DNA from: Spirochaetota bacterium
GTDB lineage: Bacteria; Spirochaetota; UBA4802; UBA5550
NCBI GenBank assembly: GCA_050298055.1
Contig: JBNKTL010000021.1
Location: forward strand, 1 to 64,000
Reading direction: 5' to 3'
DNA length: 64,000 nucleotides
Part shown: piece by piece, positions 18,619 through 28,904 of the stretch
How the letters are laid out: every line of letters begins with the position of its first letter
How positions within the stretch are numbered: the first letter of the stretch is position 1
Notes under the pieces: model-generated
The model's database searches: none
What the model was told of the DNA's origin: nothing
What the model saw: the letters and a program-made list of their open reading frames with translations, nothing else
Translations under genes and position numbers: made by a program

Positions 18619-19215
18619 TCAGGACCCCTGGGAGCGCCGGGAAGCGGTCTTCCTCATCCAGAGCGAATCCCTGTTCCTCTCCATTTTGGAGTAGATACAG
18701 CCGCAGTAATTCTGCCTGTAAAATCCCCTCTCCCGGGAAATCTCAACAGACTTCCGGTAACCGTTGTTTTTCTTAAAATCAGCCCGGAAGAACTCTATCC
18801 CGAACCTCCCTTCCAGTTCTTTCCCGATGCTGTTTATCATGTTCGCGTCCTTATGGGGACTGATACTCAGTGTGGCCGCGACTCTCCCCATACCCTGCTC
18901 TGCTGCTGTTTCAAAGGTTTTCTCAAGCCTCATGCTGATGCACTCCCTGCACCGCGGGGACCTCTCTCCCATGAAGCGGTATTCCTTTACCCGCGCAGTC
19001 CAGCTCCTGATATCATAACTGCCCACAAGGACCTTCAGCCCGATACCCGCTGAATAAGCTTCAAGTTCTTCAAGCCTTTTCCTGTATTCGCTTTCGGGTG
19101 AGATATTGGGATTATAATAAAAAGCTGTCACCTGGAAGTCCTGTGACAGCATTTCATTCACATACGCGATGCAGGGGGCACAGCATGTGTGGAGAAGGAT
19201 TTTTTTTTGATTCAA
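18619..19215 (-). CDS. queH: Epoxyqueuosine reductase QueH
   Basis: LLHTCCAPC, YNPNI, CREC, SPHK, YRQNYCGC. Confidence 0.93.
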   Translation of the reverse strand: MNQKKILLHTCCAPCIAYVNEMLSQDFQVTAFYYNPNISPESEYRKRLEELEAYSAGIGLKVLVGSYDIRSWTARVKEYRFMGERSPRCRECISMRLEKTFETAAEQGMGRVAATLSISPHKDANMINSIGKELEGRFGIEFFRADFKKNNGYRKSVEISRERGFYRQNYCGCIYSKMERNRDSLWMRKTASRRSQGS

Positions 19216-19220
19216 ATGAA

Positions 19221-19565
19221 TTACTTCAAATACTGGTTAATAAAATTCGACAGCCTTTCCGCGTTGTCCGGATTTGTTTTACTGTCAAGCCATAACAGCA
19301 GTCTTGACCTTATTCCATCTTCCCGCGCGTACACATGGTGGATAACATAACGAGCGACCTCAAACTTAAGACTTTCGAAGATTTCCTCCGCTAACTGCAG
19401 GTTAGACGGACAGGGACCGAGAATATCACAGATCTTAACAATAATCTCGTGTTTATCGATTTCTTTAAGCTCCTCCTGCCAATCTTTACCAAAAATAGAT
19501 GTCTTGAGGTTAACTTCTTCCCTTCTCTCGCTGTTCTTTCTTCTCTCAATCCTTCCCTGGTACAT
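19221..19565 (-). CDS. Hypothetical protein with N-terminal ERRxxxERR motif
   Basis: AAGGGGG RBS; 114 aa; directly upstream of queH. Confidence 0.65.
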   Translation of the reverse strand: MYQGRIERRKNSERREEVNLKTSIFGKDWQEELKEIDKHEIIVKICDILGPCPSNLQLAEEIFESLKFEVARYVIHHVYAREDGIRSRLLLWLDSKTNPDNAERLSNFINQYLK

Positions 19566-19790
19566 AAGGTCCCCCTTAAAAGCCCCATATTTTATTTTTT
19601 TTTATCATATTCTTTCAAAACTCTCTGGAATAATTTATGCGAAAGATCCCGGTTGAACTTCTCTCATCGTTTAATAAAATCTTTTATTGATTAATATATT
19701 ATACACAAAATAAACCTTTTCGTCAAGATTGATAGTAAAAATTTATTATTTATTTTAGTATTTATTCCGGGATCATTCATCAAATAAATT

Positions 19791-20645
19791 TTATCGAAAC
19801 CTCAGCCCCACAAAAAAGCCGCTCATTGCGGAGTTAAAAAATCCGGACCCATCGTAAAACGTCAGATAGTCTCCGAACAGGCCTATATGAAGTTTGTAAG
19901 GAATTACGGGATATGTAATTTGAAGACCGGCTGTTCCGGCCAGTACAGTACTGCTGAATTCATCACCCTCGCCGTCATTGAATTCAAACATTGACACTCC
20001 GGCACCAATCTTTGGCGTCACCTCTATTCCCAGGGGGACGGTAAAACGATAAGCCGCGCTGAGAGTGACAGGCACTGCCTTTAGATACCGCTCCGAAGTC
20101 TTGCTGTTTTCACTCTGAACATATCCCGATTCCAGGGAAAAACGCAGATTCCTTCTGAACATTGAACTGAATCCCGCTCCCGCCAGAACGGCAGGGGCGG
20201 GTTCCAGTTTCGCGCCGCCGGAATTAAGAGGAAAAAACGCGCACAGTTTTAAGGTAAATTCAAGATCAACAGGACGGATCTCTTCATTGGACAATTGAAG
20301 AATGTCCAGTTTTGAAATGGTTTTTGTGTCAGGAGAATCCTCTTTTATCTTGTATTCAACCCGCATGGAATCCTGTTCCACAAGAAATCCCGCGATGACA
20401 TTATTATCCCGGGTGAATATGTATATCCTGTCCAGTCCGGTCTTCTCTTTTTCAATTGCCGCAAGATCATAGCGCGCGATTTTTCGCGTCTGGTACCGGG
20501 TCTTTACGGTAATAAACCGCTCATCCCTGCCGATTATTTCACCGTTGAGGACCTGGCCGTCCTTTAAGCGGATAATCTCCGCCGAAAGGTCCGCGGTAAA
20601 AAGAAGGAGAGTAAAGATATTTATAATAAAACAAATTTTTTTCAT
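19791..20645 (-). CDS. Outer-membrane beta-barrel protein with two N-terminal small beta-modules (paralog B)
   Basis: Signal peptide; IRLKDGQVLNGEII module twice; amphipathic strands ending in LRFR; colinear with 24365-25216. Confidence 0.75.
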   Translation of the reverse strand: MKKICFIINIFTLLLFTADLSAEIIRLKDGQVLNGEIIGRDERFITVKTRYQTRKIARYDLAAIEKEKTGLDRIYIFTRDNNVIAGFLVEQDSMRVEYKIKEDSPDTKTISKLDILQLSNEEIRPVDLEFTLKLCAFFPLNSGGAKLEPAPAVLAGAGFSSMFRRNLRFSLESGYVQSENSKTSERYLKAVPVTLSAAYRFTVPLGIEVTPKIGAGVSMFEFNDGEGDEFSSTVLAGTAGLQITYPVIPYKLHIGLFGDYLTFYDGSGFFNSAMSGFFVGLRFR

Positions 20646-20685
20646 TTCTCAGTACAATTGCAAAAATCCGTGTATTTCTTTTTCA

Positions 20686-23604
20686 TTAATTATTATTCCG
20701 TAAATAGGGATAACCGTCATTTATTAATCCGGAGATTCCCCAGATAGTACTAAAATCCCAGCCTGTATATGTTGCCTGAATTTTCATGTCTGTTGTTATA
20801 GCCGGTGTTCCCGCTACAGTCCAGCCGGCATAATCTGAATAACCGCATAAACCCGCGTCATAATAACAATAATTTACTGTTCCGCCTCCTGTATATCCAA
20901 TAAGCCCGCCATAATAAGAACCCCCGGCTGCAGCCAAATCTCTTGCCGCATAGCTGTACGAGACATCACCGTTATTATATCCCACAAGCCCGCCGATCCT
21001 GCTATCTCCATATACAGAGTTTGCCAGAGGAGAAACGGAATAACAGTTTTCAATCTTGCCGCCTGTATCCAGGAGACCCACAAGCCCGCCGATCTGCGAA
21101 AAACCTGTAACTTCACCTGTCGCGTAGCATTCGTCTATTATCACTCCAGCTCCGGCTACGCCAACCAGGCCGCCGCACAACCCTCCCAAAGAGGTATCCA
21201 CAGAACCGGTTGCGTAGCTTCGGGATAATACAAAACCTGATCCTTCAAAGCTGCCGATCAATCCGCCGTTATTATCATTATCACCATTCTCATCATATGA
21301 TTCGACATCTCCAGTTGCGTAACAGCCGGTTATATTCGCATCGGTACTGCGTCCTATCAGTCCTCCGTGATTAGCTCCCATGAGCGTTACAATACTGTTA
21401 TTATACGTTAGATTTCCTACAGCGTAACAACCGGTTATTGTTCCGCCGGTATTAAATCCAATCAGTCCTCCATTATTGCTGACATAATTAGCATTGGCAA
21501 TAACATGACCTGTTGCATAACTGTTTGTAACAGAAGCACCCGAACCATTGTTATATCCAATCAGTCCTCCGTTATCATTTCCGCTGCCTGTTACGATTCC
21601 CTCTGCGTGACAACCAGTAACCGGTCCATTGTTGTTATAACCGATCAGTCCTCCATTGTTGGTCATAACACCTGTTACACTTCCCGTGGCATATGAATTC
21701 GCAACGGATCCGTTATAGTTATACCCGATCAGTCCTCCATTGTTATTCATCTCGCCTGTGACATTTCCTGTGGCGTGTGAATTCGCAATGGTTCCAAGTA
21801 CGTTTTGCCCGATCAGTCCTCCAGCATGATTTCCCTGACCATAAACTACAGCGTTGGAGCTGGAATCAATGATTCTGCTGCCGTTATTGTATCCTGCCAG
21901 TCCGCCAACCATATTATCTCCCTGAATGCTGGAACCCCCCTCTATATGACAATTGGAAATAACTCCAAAATTACTGCCGGCAAGTCCGCCCACATAGTCC
22001 TGTCCTGTAACAGTACAGTCCTGAATCGTAATGTTCATCAACTGAGCATTGCCGTCTGTATATCCAAACAGTCCCTGATAAACAGTTGATCCCTGATCAA
22101 TAAACAAACCGCTTATAGTATGATCGTTCCCGTCAAATGTTCCTTTGAAAGGAGCGCCGTTGTCCCCAATAGCAGTCCATTCACCATATCCACTCAGATC
22201 AATATCCGTCATTAATATATAGTAGTTGTCAAGTTCCCAGCCGGCTGCGACACCGCCTCGCATGGCATTCAGGTCCTCGGAAGAATAAACGTAATGCACA
22301 GGCACATAGCTGGCAGGGGGTGTGATGGTAATCGTGCTGGCAGTTGATTCATTATATGATGTATCAACAGCAGTTATTGTCAGTGTATAAGTGGTTCCTG
22401 TTGTAAACCCTGTTTGGGTTCTTGATGTTGTTCCGGCAGGTACCGTGGTACCTGTTGCGCCGTCAGGGACCCAGGTGATCAATATGTGATCCAGGTCGCT
22501 GTCCGAGGGCTCGGTCCATGAAAGGGAGATCTGCCCGCCCCCTGCCTGTGTGGCTATTAAGTCAGTTACCGGCCCCGGCTCAACTGCATCTGCCTGAATA
22601 ATATAAGTTTCTGTTTTAATATCTTCAAGATTTCCGAGATTATCCTTAGCCCGGTATCTCAGGGTATAGCTTCCCACACCGTCTGTACCCACGGTAATAC
22701 TGGCCGAGCTTCCGCTTACGACAGTACCATTGCCGGAAAAATCAGGGACTGACCCGTCCAGGGTATAGGATATGGCGGCAACTCCCGACTTTGCGTCTGT
22801 TGATGAAATTGTTACAGGTATTGGCGAGAAAGAAGACGTACCCGCCACATCTACGCTTGATACGGGAGCATCATCGTCAATATCAAGGATAAATGAATAT
22901 GTCGCAACACTTTCAAGGGAATCTTTTAAGACAACGGCAACTCTGTCGGGAGGATTCACCATCTGCGCATTGCCCGATTCCCCGGCCCATGAAGGTCCGT
23001 CAATTGAAATAATCACCTCGTCACCGGCGCCGTAAAAATAGCTTGCCCCCGAATCATCCCAGGTGGCAGTTGCGCCGGTATCGTCATACACCAGGACCTC
23101 ATAAAGACCGCTTTGATTGGCGGAAAAAGTCATCTCCGCCTGTGACGTTGATTTGATATATTCCGGTACGGTCCCAATGGCCGTTACCGTGGGACCGTCA
23201 CGTGTTTCACCAAGTTCCAGCTGCCGGGAAACTGAAAATCCCTTGTTATCACTTACTTTAACTGAAACAGTTACCGACTGCGCCGACGTAAGATAACTTG
23301 CCGTATGAAATACGACCGTTGATCTATTGTCCGAATCGTTCTGATTTGAAAAACTCCCGTCTTCGGAATCATATTCGAAAACCAGGGGTTCTCCTTCCGG
23401 ATCGAGGGCGTCCACTGAAAGTGTAACTGCCAGATTTGGAGTAAGTTCCGTTCCCTCCGGGAGATCGCTGGCAAAGGATATGATGTCTGGATATTCATTT
23501 GTTTTAAAATCCTGCATGGGCTCAATGACATCATCGCATCCGGGCAAAATCGCGATGAAAATCAGAAGACTGCTTATTTTATGAATAATGTTCTGTTTTC
23601 TCAT
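20686..23604 (-). CDS. Large surface lipoprotein: Ig-like, FN3 and GLUG repeats
   Basis: Lipobox LPGC; YTLDGS FN3-associated motif; FN3 (LSWTEP...YTLTITAVD); many GGLIG/GGLVG GLUG-type repeats. Confidence 0.85.
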   Translation of the reverse strand: MRKQNIIHKISSLLIFIAILPGCDDVIEPMQDFKTNEYPDIISFASDLPEGTELTPNLAVTLSVDALDPEGEPLVFEYDSEDGSFSNQNDSDNRSTVVFHTASYLTSAQSVTVSVKVSDNKGFSVSRQLELGETRDGPTVTAIGTVPEYIKSTSQAEMTFSANQSGLYEVLVYDDTGATATWDDSGASYFYGAGDEVIISIDGPSWAGESGNAQMVNPPDRVAVVLKDSLESVATYSFILDIDDDAPVSSVDVAGTSSFSPIPVTISSTDAKSGVAAISYTLDGSVPDFSGNGTVVSGSSASITVGTDGVGSYTLRYRAKDNLGNLEDIKTETYIIQADAVEPGPVTDLIATQAGGGQISLSWTEPSDSDLDHILITWVPDGATGTTVPAGTTSRTQTGFTTGTTYTLTITAVDTSYNESTASTITITPPASYVPVHYVYSSEDLNAMRGGVAAGWELDNYYILMTDIDLSGYGEWTAIGDNGAPFKGTFDGNDHTISGLFIDQGSTVYQGLFGYTDGNAQLMNITIQDCTVTGQDYVGGLAGSNFGVISNCHIEGGSSIQGDNMVGGLAGYNNGSRIIDSSSNAVVYGQGNHAGGLIGQNVLGTIANSHATGNVTGEMNNNGGLIGYNYNGSVANSYATGSVTGVMTNNGGLIGYNNNGPVTGCHAEGIVTGSGNDNGGLIGYNNGSGASVTNSYATGHVIANANYVSNNGGLIGFNTGGTITGCYAVGNLTYNNSIVTLMGANHGGLIGRSTDANITGCYATGDVESYDENGDNDNNGGLIGSFEGSGFVLSRSYATGSVDTSLGGLCGGLVGVAGAGVIIDECYATGEVTGFSQIGGLVGLLDTGGKIENCYSVSPLANSVYGDSRIGGLVGYNNGDVSYSYAARDLAAAGGSYYGGLIGYTGGGTVNYCYYDAGLCGYSDYAGWTVAGTPAITTDMKIQATYTGWDFSTIWGISGLINDGYPYLRNNN

Positions 23605-23642
23605 TATAATCCTTTTTTCTCCGGCAGTTATTTTAATATCAG

Positions 23643-24353
23643 TTAATACGTAAAATCTTCAGATCTAAAAACCTGGCGTTGAAAATTATCAATTAATATT
23701 ATATATACAGTATACGTACCTGATGGTGTTAACTCAACATCAACGCCTCCTCCTGTACCTGCTTTAATTATAAAAGAAGCGGTTTCTCCACGATTATAAA
23801 AATGGCTGGCGCTTGCCTGGTCAAATTCGGAATTGCCGATGCGCGTTTGATAAAATCCCGAAGAGTCGGCAACAAATGAAACGTTAACCGTTTGTCCGTT
23901 AGTCAGTGTTGTTTCGGGCCATGTTACCGTAATATTCGGAGCGGACCTCCCGTCGCCTATATCGAGTATTGATACGGAAGAACCGCCTTTACTGTCCGTT
24001 GCTGTAACTGTTATGGGGATTGACTCGCTTGTGGGGCATTCACTGCTTATGAAAAATTCAATATTGCATCCGCCTTCCCTGTCCTGCTGCCGCCTGAAGG
24101 TACCGTAATCCGAACTGAATGTATAAGTAATATTATCATTTTCCTCATCCAGTGCCTCTACAGAAAGATTGACCTGCATGTTGGGAAGTATTTCTTCATC
24201 TTCTGCAATATCCGAGTTAAAGCTGACAATTTGAGGCGGCGTATTTTTTTCAAAGTCTTTTAATTCGGAAATCAACTCACCTTCGCAACCTGTGAATAAG
24301 AACAGAATTGTCATTATGATATTTAAAGATACTGCCTGGTTATTCGTTTTCAT
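23643..24353 (-). CDS. Lipoprotein homologous to the N-terminal part of the GLUG lipoprotein
   Basis: Lipobox FTGC; DFEKNTPPQIVSFNSDI...LSVEALD aligns with DFKTNEYPDIISFASDL...LSVDALD. Confidence 0.8.
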   Translation of the reverse strand: MKTNNQAVSLNIIMTILFLFTGCEGELISELKDFEKNTPPQIVSFNSDIAEDEEILPNMQVNLSVEALDEENDNITYTFSSDYGTFRRQQDREGGCNIEFFISSECPTSESIPITVTATDSKGGSSVSILDIGDGRSAPNITVTWPETTLTNGQTVNVSFVADSSGFYQTRIGNSEFDQASASHFYNRGETASFIIKAGTGGGVDVELTPSGTYTVYIILIDNFQRQVFRSEDFTY

Positions 24354-24364
24354 CTTGATAATCT

Positions 24365-25216
24365 CTATAACATATAATGGCATGAAATACTGAATAATGC
24401 GCTCTGTAAATAATCCGATTTGTCATAAAAGACCACATATTCCCCCCATACACCGAGACGGACCCTGTGGCGTATTTCATACGTAATCCCGGCGCCGGCA
24501 AGCCCTTCTAATGCATTGGATTTTAAGACTTCACCTTCACCGGTATCAAATTCCATAACTCCCATACCCGCACCCAGCTTAGGAAAAAAATTAAATTTCC
24601 CAATTTTCAGATTATAAACCGCGCTGAGCGTTACCGGGATGACCTGAAGATACTGGCCGGTATTCCCGCTTCCCGCACGCAGGTACCCGGATTCAACCAG
24701 GAGACGAAGGTTTGCTGCCAGCATGGAGTTAAATCCGATACCAAAACCATACAGAAGTGAAGGTTTTAGTTCGGCTCCCCCTGAATCCATGGGAAGAAAC
24801 AGAGACGGTTTCAGAAATAATTCAAGATCAACCGGGTAGATGCTGTCCCGTGATATTTGCCTGATCTCACTTTTACTGATTGTTTTTTCGTCAGGTGAAT
24901 TGCGGTTTTCTCTGAGGATTAATTTCTTATCATCCTGATCAACAAGAAAACCTTTAATAATCCTTCCGTCCTGCATTAAGATATAGACCTGCTCCATATC
25001 CATGTTTCCGTAAAGAATTCTTTTAATCTCGCTGATCCTGACATCCCTGTTACCGGCATCTGTCCGAACGGTAATACCTGTTTTCCCTTCTTTGACAATG
25101 GCGCCCTTAATGACCTTACCATTTTTAAGGTATACAATTTCTCCCGAGGCAGGAAGAGCAAAAAAAACAGGTATTAAAAGAAAAAAGAATTTTATTGCAA
25201 CATAGTGCTTACGCAT
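24365..25216 (-). CDS. Outer-membrane beta-barrel protein with two N-terminal small beta-modules (paralog A)
   Basis: Signal peptide; VYLKNGKVIKGAIV and VYILMQDGRIIKGFLV modules; barrel-like C-terminal half. Confidence 0.75.
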   Translation of the reverse strand: MRKHYVAIKFFFLLIPVFFALPASGEIVYLKNGKVIKGAIVKEGKTGITVRTDAGNRDVRISEIKRILYGNMDMEQVYILMQDGRIIKGFLVDQDDKKLILRENRNSPDEKTISKSEIRQISRDSIYPVDLELFLKPSLFLPMDSGGAELKPSLLYGFGIGFNSMLAANLRLLVESGYLRAGSGNTGQYLQVIPVTLSAVYNLKIGKFNFFPKLGAGMGVMEFDTGEGEVLKSNALEGLAGAGITYEIRHRVRLGVWGEYVVFYDKSDYLQSALFSISCHYML

Positions 25217-25240
25217 TTTATTTAACTTCTGTTATCTGTA

Positions 25241-26167
25241 TTATTTTGCCGGTATCCTTCGTCTTATTTCCGATTTTGGAATTGAAATAATATTTTCCCC
25301 TGTATTAAGATTTACCTTATCTGCTGTAGTATTCTCAACAGCGCCGATCAACTGGCTACCGTCTTTAAGATAGAGCTTAACAAGAGGTTTTCCCTGCTTT
25401 CTGAGTTTATCAAGGAGAGTTTCCTGTAGGCCCAGTCTCTCTTCATTGATTTTTTCCTTTTCGGAATTTACCTTTTCGAACTCTTTTTCAATCTCTTCGG
25501 TAGTTTTACTTTCAACATTTTTAACAAAAGGGTGCAACGCGTACTGTTCGAGTACCAGCTCCTCAGCTCTTTTTTGAGAAGAAAGTGAAATTCTTTCATT
25601 TTGATCAACAAGAGCACTCATCTTTTTCGTTACGATTTTTTCTTTTCCGGTTGTTTTTCCCGCAACAGCAACTGAACCTTCTCTCACGAGCACTTTCTGA
25701 AAACCCGGGTTGGCCTGCACAAGAAACTGCGTACCGCGAACAGAAGCAACCAGTGTTTTAGTCTGAACTCTATAATGGATACCTGTTCTTTTTTCAATTT
25801 TTGAAAAAACCGAACCTGATTTAAGATTAACAACAGTGCTTTCATCCCCACCAAATATCTCTTTCATTTCCAGCCGGGAATTTTCAGTAAGATGCAGAAC
25901 CCCGATCCTTTTTATTTGAAATGTTGCATAGGATTTATTACCGGTTTCTATTGTGGAACCCGGTTTAACAACGTCCTTTACTTTCAACGGACCGGACATA
26001 CCGTCTGCGGATATAGATTTAACATTACCTGCTATGAAAGTAACCACTGCTTTTTGAACTGTTTTCAGAGATTCTTCAGCAGACTCATTCTTTTTACAGG
26101 ATAATGGAATAAAAAGAAGGGCTACTAAAAAACTAATAATAAATTTTAGAAAATTTGTGCTTATCAT
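25241..26167 (-). CDS. FecR-domain lipoprotein, LipL45-like
   Basis: Lipobox PLSC; VQTKTLVASVRGTQF and VREGSV FecR motifs; C-terminal LYLKDGSQLIG module. Confidence 0.85.
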   Translation of the reverse strand: MISTNFLKFIISFLVALLFIPLSCKKNESAEESLKTVQKAVVTFIAGNVKSISADGMSGPLKVKDVVKPGSTIETGNKSYATFQIKRIGVLHLTENSRLEMKEIFGGDESTVVNLKSGSVFSKIEKRTGIHYRVQTKTLVASVRGTQFLVQANPGFQKVLVREGSVAVAGKTTGKEKIVTKKMSALVDQNERISLSSQKRAEELVLEQYALHPFVKNVESKTTEEIEKEFEKVNSEKEKINEERLGLQETLLDKLRKQGKPLVKLYLKDGSQLIGAVENTTADKVNLNTGENIISIPKSEIRRRIPAK

Positions 26168-26602
26168 TTTAAATGACCTCATATGTTTTAAATTAAATAA
26201 TTTCCTAATTATAGAAAGTTTTCTGCCAACAGAGAAAAAGAATAACAAGAAGGATGAAAACGAGGATCGGATATCACATATGAAGCCTCATGAACGGGAC
26301 ACATTAAAGATTACGTGAAGACCTGATGCCTTGATATTAATTCCCTCTCCGGGACATAATATTCCCTCACAAGCTTTATTTTCTTGCTTTCTTAACGTAT
26401 TCTCTCTTAATACTTTAAAATTTCCCAGAAGAATGACTCAAGAGAGGGAATTCTCTTTTAGTTTAAAAATTTTTATTAATTTCGCTATAATATACACAAA
26501 AAAACTCATTTTGTCAATATTGATAGTACACTTTTTTTATTTTATTGTATTTTCTCAACTGTATGATGATGAATTGTAATTATAACACACTATTAATAAT
26601 AA

Positions 26603-26680
26603 TGTCATTCCCGCGAAGAAAGATAAAGAAGAAGTTTCTCACGAAGCTCACAAAAATCACGAAGGAAGAGGAAGAAGAGT
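26603..26680. repeat. Half REP-like palindrome plus nonamer-type repeat
   Basis: TGTCATTCCCGCGAAG and CACGAAGCTCACAAAAATCACGAAG followed by a GA-rich tract. Confidence 0.5.
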
Positions 26681-26703
26681 GTAATAATGGAGATAAAAAA
26701 AAC

Positions 26704-28860
26704 CTACATCACCTTGAAGATAAGAACAAGGACATCTGACTCAGGTTTGGCGGAACCCATAAAATCCAGGTAAGACCTGTTAAATATATCGGTAATCTCG
26801 TGGGGCCTCCTCGTTCTGTTTTCGCGAATGATATTTCTCAGCCTGACCAGTCCGAATGCCTGTTCATCATCATTTTTAGAACTGAGTAGTGATTTTGAGT
26901 AGAGGATACCTATATCGTCCTTTTGAAGCTGAGTTTTTCCTATACCGTAATTGGTATTTTCATCGTAACCCAGGGGTATCCCTTCGGTATCAAGTGAATC
27001 AAAATCACCCCTCTCTACTCTGAAAACTTCAAGAGCGGGGAAACCGGCATTGGTATACATAAGCCCCATACTTTTATAATCGAAGAAAAAGTAGTATGAC
27101 GTAACCAGGCCCCCCTTCCCCCCGGTGTACAGATAAAGCAGCTTGTTCAACTTCTGCATAATGGCATATGTGGAGGGGGCCTCGTTAACGGAGGACTGAA
27201 AAGCCGATCTTAAAAGGACAGAATAGAGAGCACTGTTTACTCCTATTCCGGAAACGTCTGTGGCAATGACACCTATTCCCATATCAGCCGGTCTTATGAA
27301 ATCAAAATAATCCACACCTTCTTCATACCGGGGAATCATAAAAGCGCCGAACTTAATCCCCTTAACCCTGGGAAGATGTTTCGGCACAGAGTTTGATAAG
27401 ATATACGATGAAAGGTAACCGGTCCTTCTGATATACTGCTCCTGCTTTGCCTTCTGGGCAAAAAATGCTGTTGAAATAAAATCGTTACTCTCAAGGTGAA
27501 ATTGTTCAAGCCGTGTCATCTCGTCTGTTGTAAATGAAAGCATTTTTTCTTTTTCCCCGAGACAGAGCATTCCAAAGAGTCTTTTTTCGTGATAGACAGG
27601 AAAGATTATTTTAAACCCGTTTGATTCGAAGTACTCTGCAAGATCATCCCTGACCGATTCAAAACTAACATCATCTCTATAGATCCTGTCCCTGTGGAGC
27701 ATATGGTGATTTCTCACAAACCATTTGATAACAGGTGAACTTCTCTCCACAGGTTTAACATCCAACTCGCCTATGTTTTTTGCTGTTCTATAATATGCCA
27801 GTTCATACATTCTTGAATTTTCATTAAAAACGAGAAAAACAACCCTTTGCAGCTGCATGGCTTCGAACATTACATCTACCGTTCTCTGGATAACATATTC
27901 GGGACTGATAAATTTCCTGACCTCCCTGACAAACTCATTGAGAGTTCTCTCAAATTCATAAAATTTTCTTTTAAAGAGCTTATCAATCTGCGGAACAAGT
28001 GAAATTGAAAAGACAATAAAAACAAGAACGATACTGCCGGCAATCACATGAGACTCCAAACCGGAAAATAACACTGTTTTATTTTCAGTGAAATAAAGGA
28101 TAAGATATACAGGAGTAAATGTTATAATCAGATGAAATATTACCATGGGGACCCTGTTAATAACCGTAGAGAGGTCCATAAGGTTGTGATTGATAACAGA
28201 ATAGAACACCGATGATGCTCCAATAATGACTGCCAGAGAAGGTCCAATAATATAGAGGTCTGAATAGTTAAAAAATCTCGGAAGAATAAGAGCACAGACC
28301 GCGGCAATTATTGCAGAGATACAGGAACCGAGAAACACGTATTTTAACTGCAAACGGTAAACATCGATCTTTATTTTTATATATTTTCGAATAAAATTAC
28401 CCGTTGCCAGGAAAAGATAGAACAGCGCGATACCTGCGTATATATTGTAAAAGGGCCCGAAATCCCTGACAATCACTCCTTCCACCATTCGTGCAGAGGT
28501 AATTGAAAAATCCGTAACCATGATTATGATACCAGTCACCAGGGCCGGAAGAATTGAAATAACCATTACGGTCATTGACGGCCTTTTCTCCAGAAGGGGG
28601 AAAACCAGTGAGATAAGAAAAGCAGATGAGAAAAAGAGAACTGTAAAAAACTGGGTAATCCTGTTCATATATGTCAGGGCAGGCGTGTCAGGGAATGCAT
28701 AGGAGAGAAACATTGAGAAGATAATACCAAAGACAGTAATGAGAAAAAAGAAAAGGTACCTGTTAAGAATAGCCCTCCAGTTCTTTATTAAAACAAATAC
28801 TGCCATATAGAGCGGCAATGCAGATGCCATCAGTGATATTATCAGACTGAGTGTATACAT
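26704..28860 (-). CDS. Membrane sensor: HisKA_7TM-like + GAF + SpoIIE/PP2C-like domain (degenerate active site)
   Basis: About 9 TM helices; GAF-like region (LCLGEK); DVSG and YTNAG PP2C motifs. Confidence 0.85.
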   Translation of the reverse strand: MYTLSLIISLMASALPLYMAVFVLIKNWRAILNRYLFFFLITVFGIIFSMFLSYAFPDTPALTYMNRITQFFTVLFFSSAFLISLVFPLLEKRPSMTVMVISILPALVTGIIIMVTDFSITSARMVEGVIVRDFGPFYNIYAGIALFYLFLATGNFIRKYIKIKIDVYRLQLKYVFLGSCISAIIAAVCALILPRFFNYSDLYIIGPSLAVIIGASSVFYSVINHNLMDLSTVINRVPMVIFHLIITFTPVYLILYFTENKTVLFSGLESHVIAGSIVLVFIVFSISLVPQIDKLFKRKFYEFERTLNEFVREVRKFISPEYVIQRTVDVMFEAMQLQRVVFLVFNENSRMYELAYYRTAKNIGELDVKPVERSSPVIKWFVRNHHMLHRDRIYRDDVSFESVRDDLAEYFESNGFKIIFPVYHEKRLFGMLCLGEKEKMLSFTTDEMTRLEQFHLESNDFISTAFFAQKAKQEQYIRRTGYLSSYILSNSVPKHLPRVKGIKFGAFMIPRYEEGVDYFDFIRPADMGIGVIATDVSGIGVNSALYSVLLRSAFQSSVNEAPSTYAIMQKLNKLLYLYTGGKGGLVTSYYFFFDYKSMGLMYTNAGFPALEVFRVERGDFDSLDTEGIPLGYDENTNYGIGKTQLQKDDIGILYSKSLLSSKNDDEQAFGLVRLRNIIRENRTRRPHEITDIFNRSYLDFMGSAKPESDVLVLIFKVM

Positions 28861-28904
28861 TTTATATCCCTGTTTCCTGTCTTTATGGATTTACAGAATT
28901 TTTA

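Noticed and set aside
20870..22010. Recurrent CCGATCAGTCCTCC motif
   Set aside because: It encodes the GGLIG of GLUG repeats, so it is a protein-level repeat.
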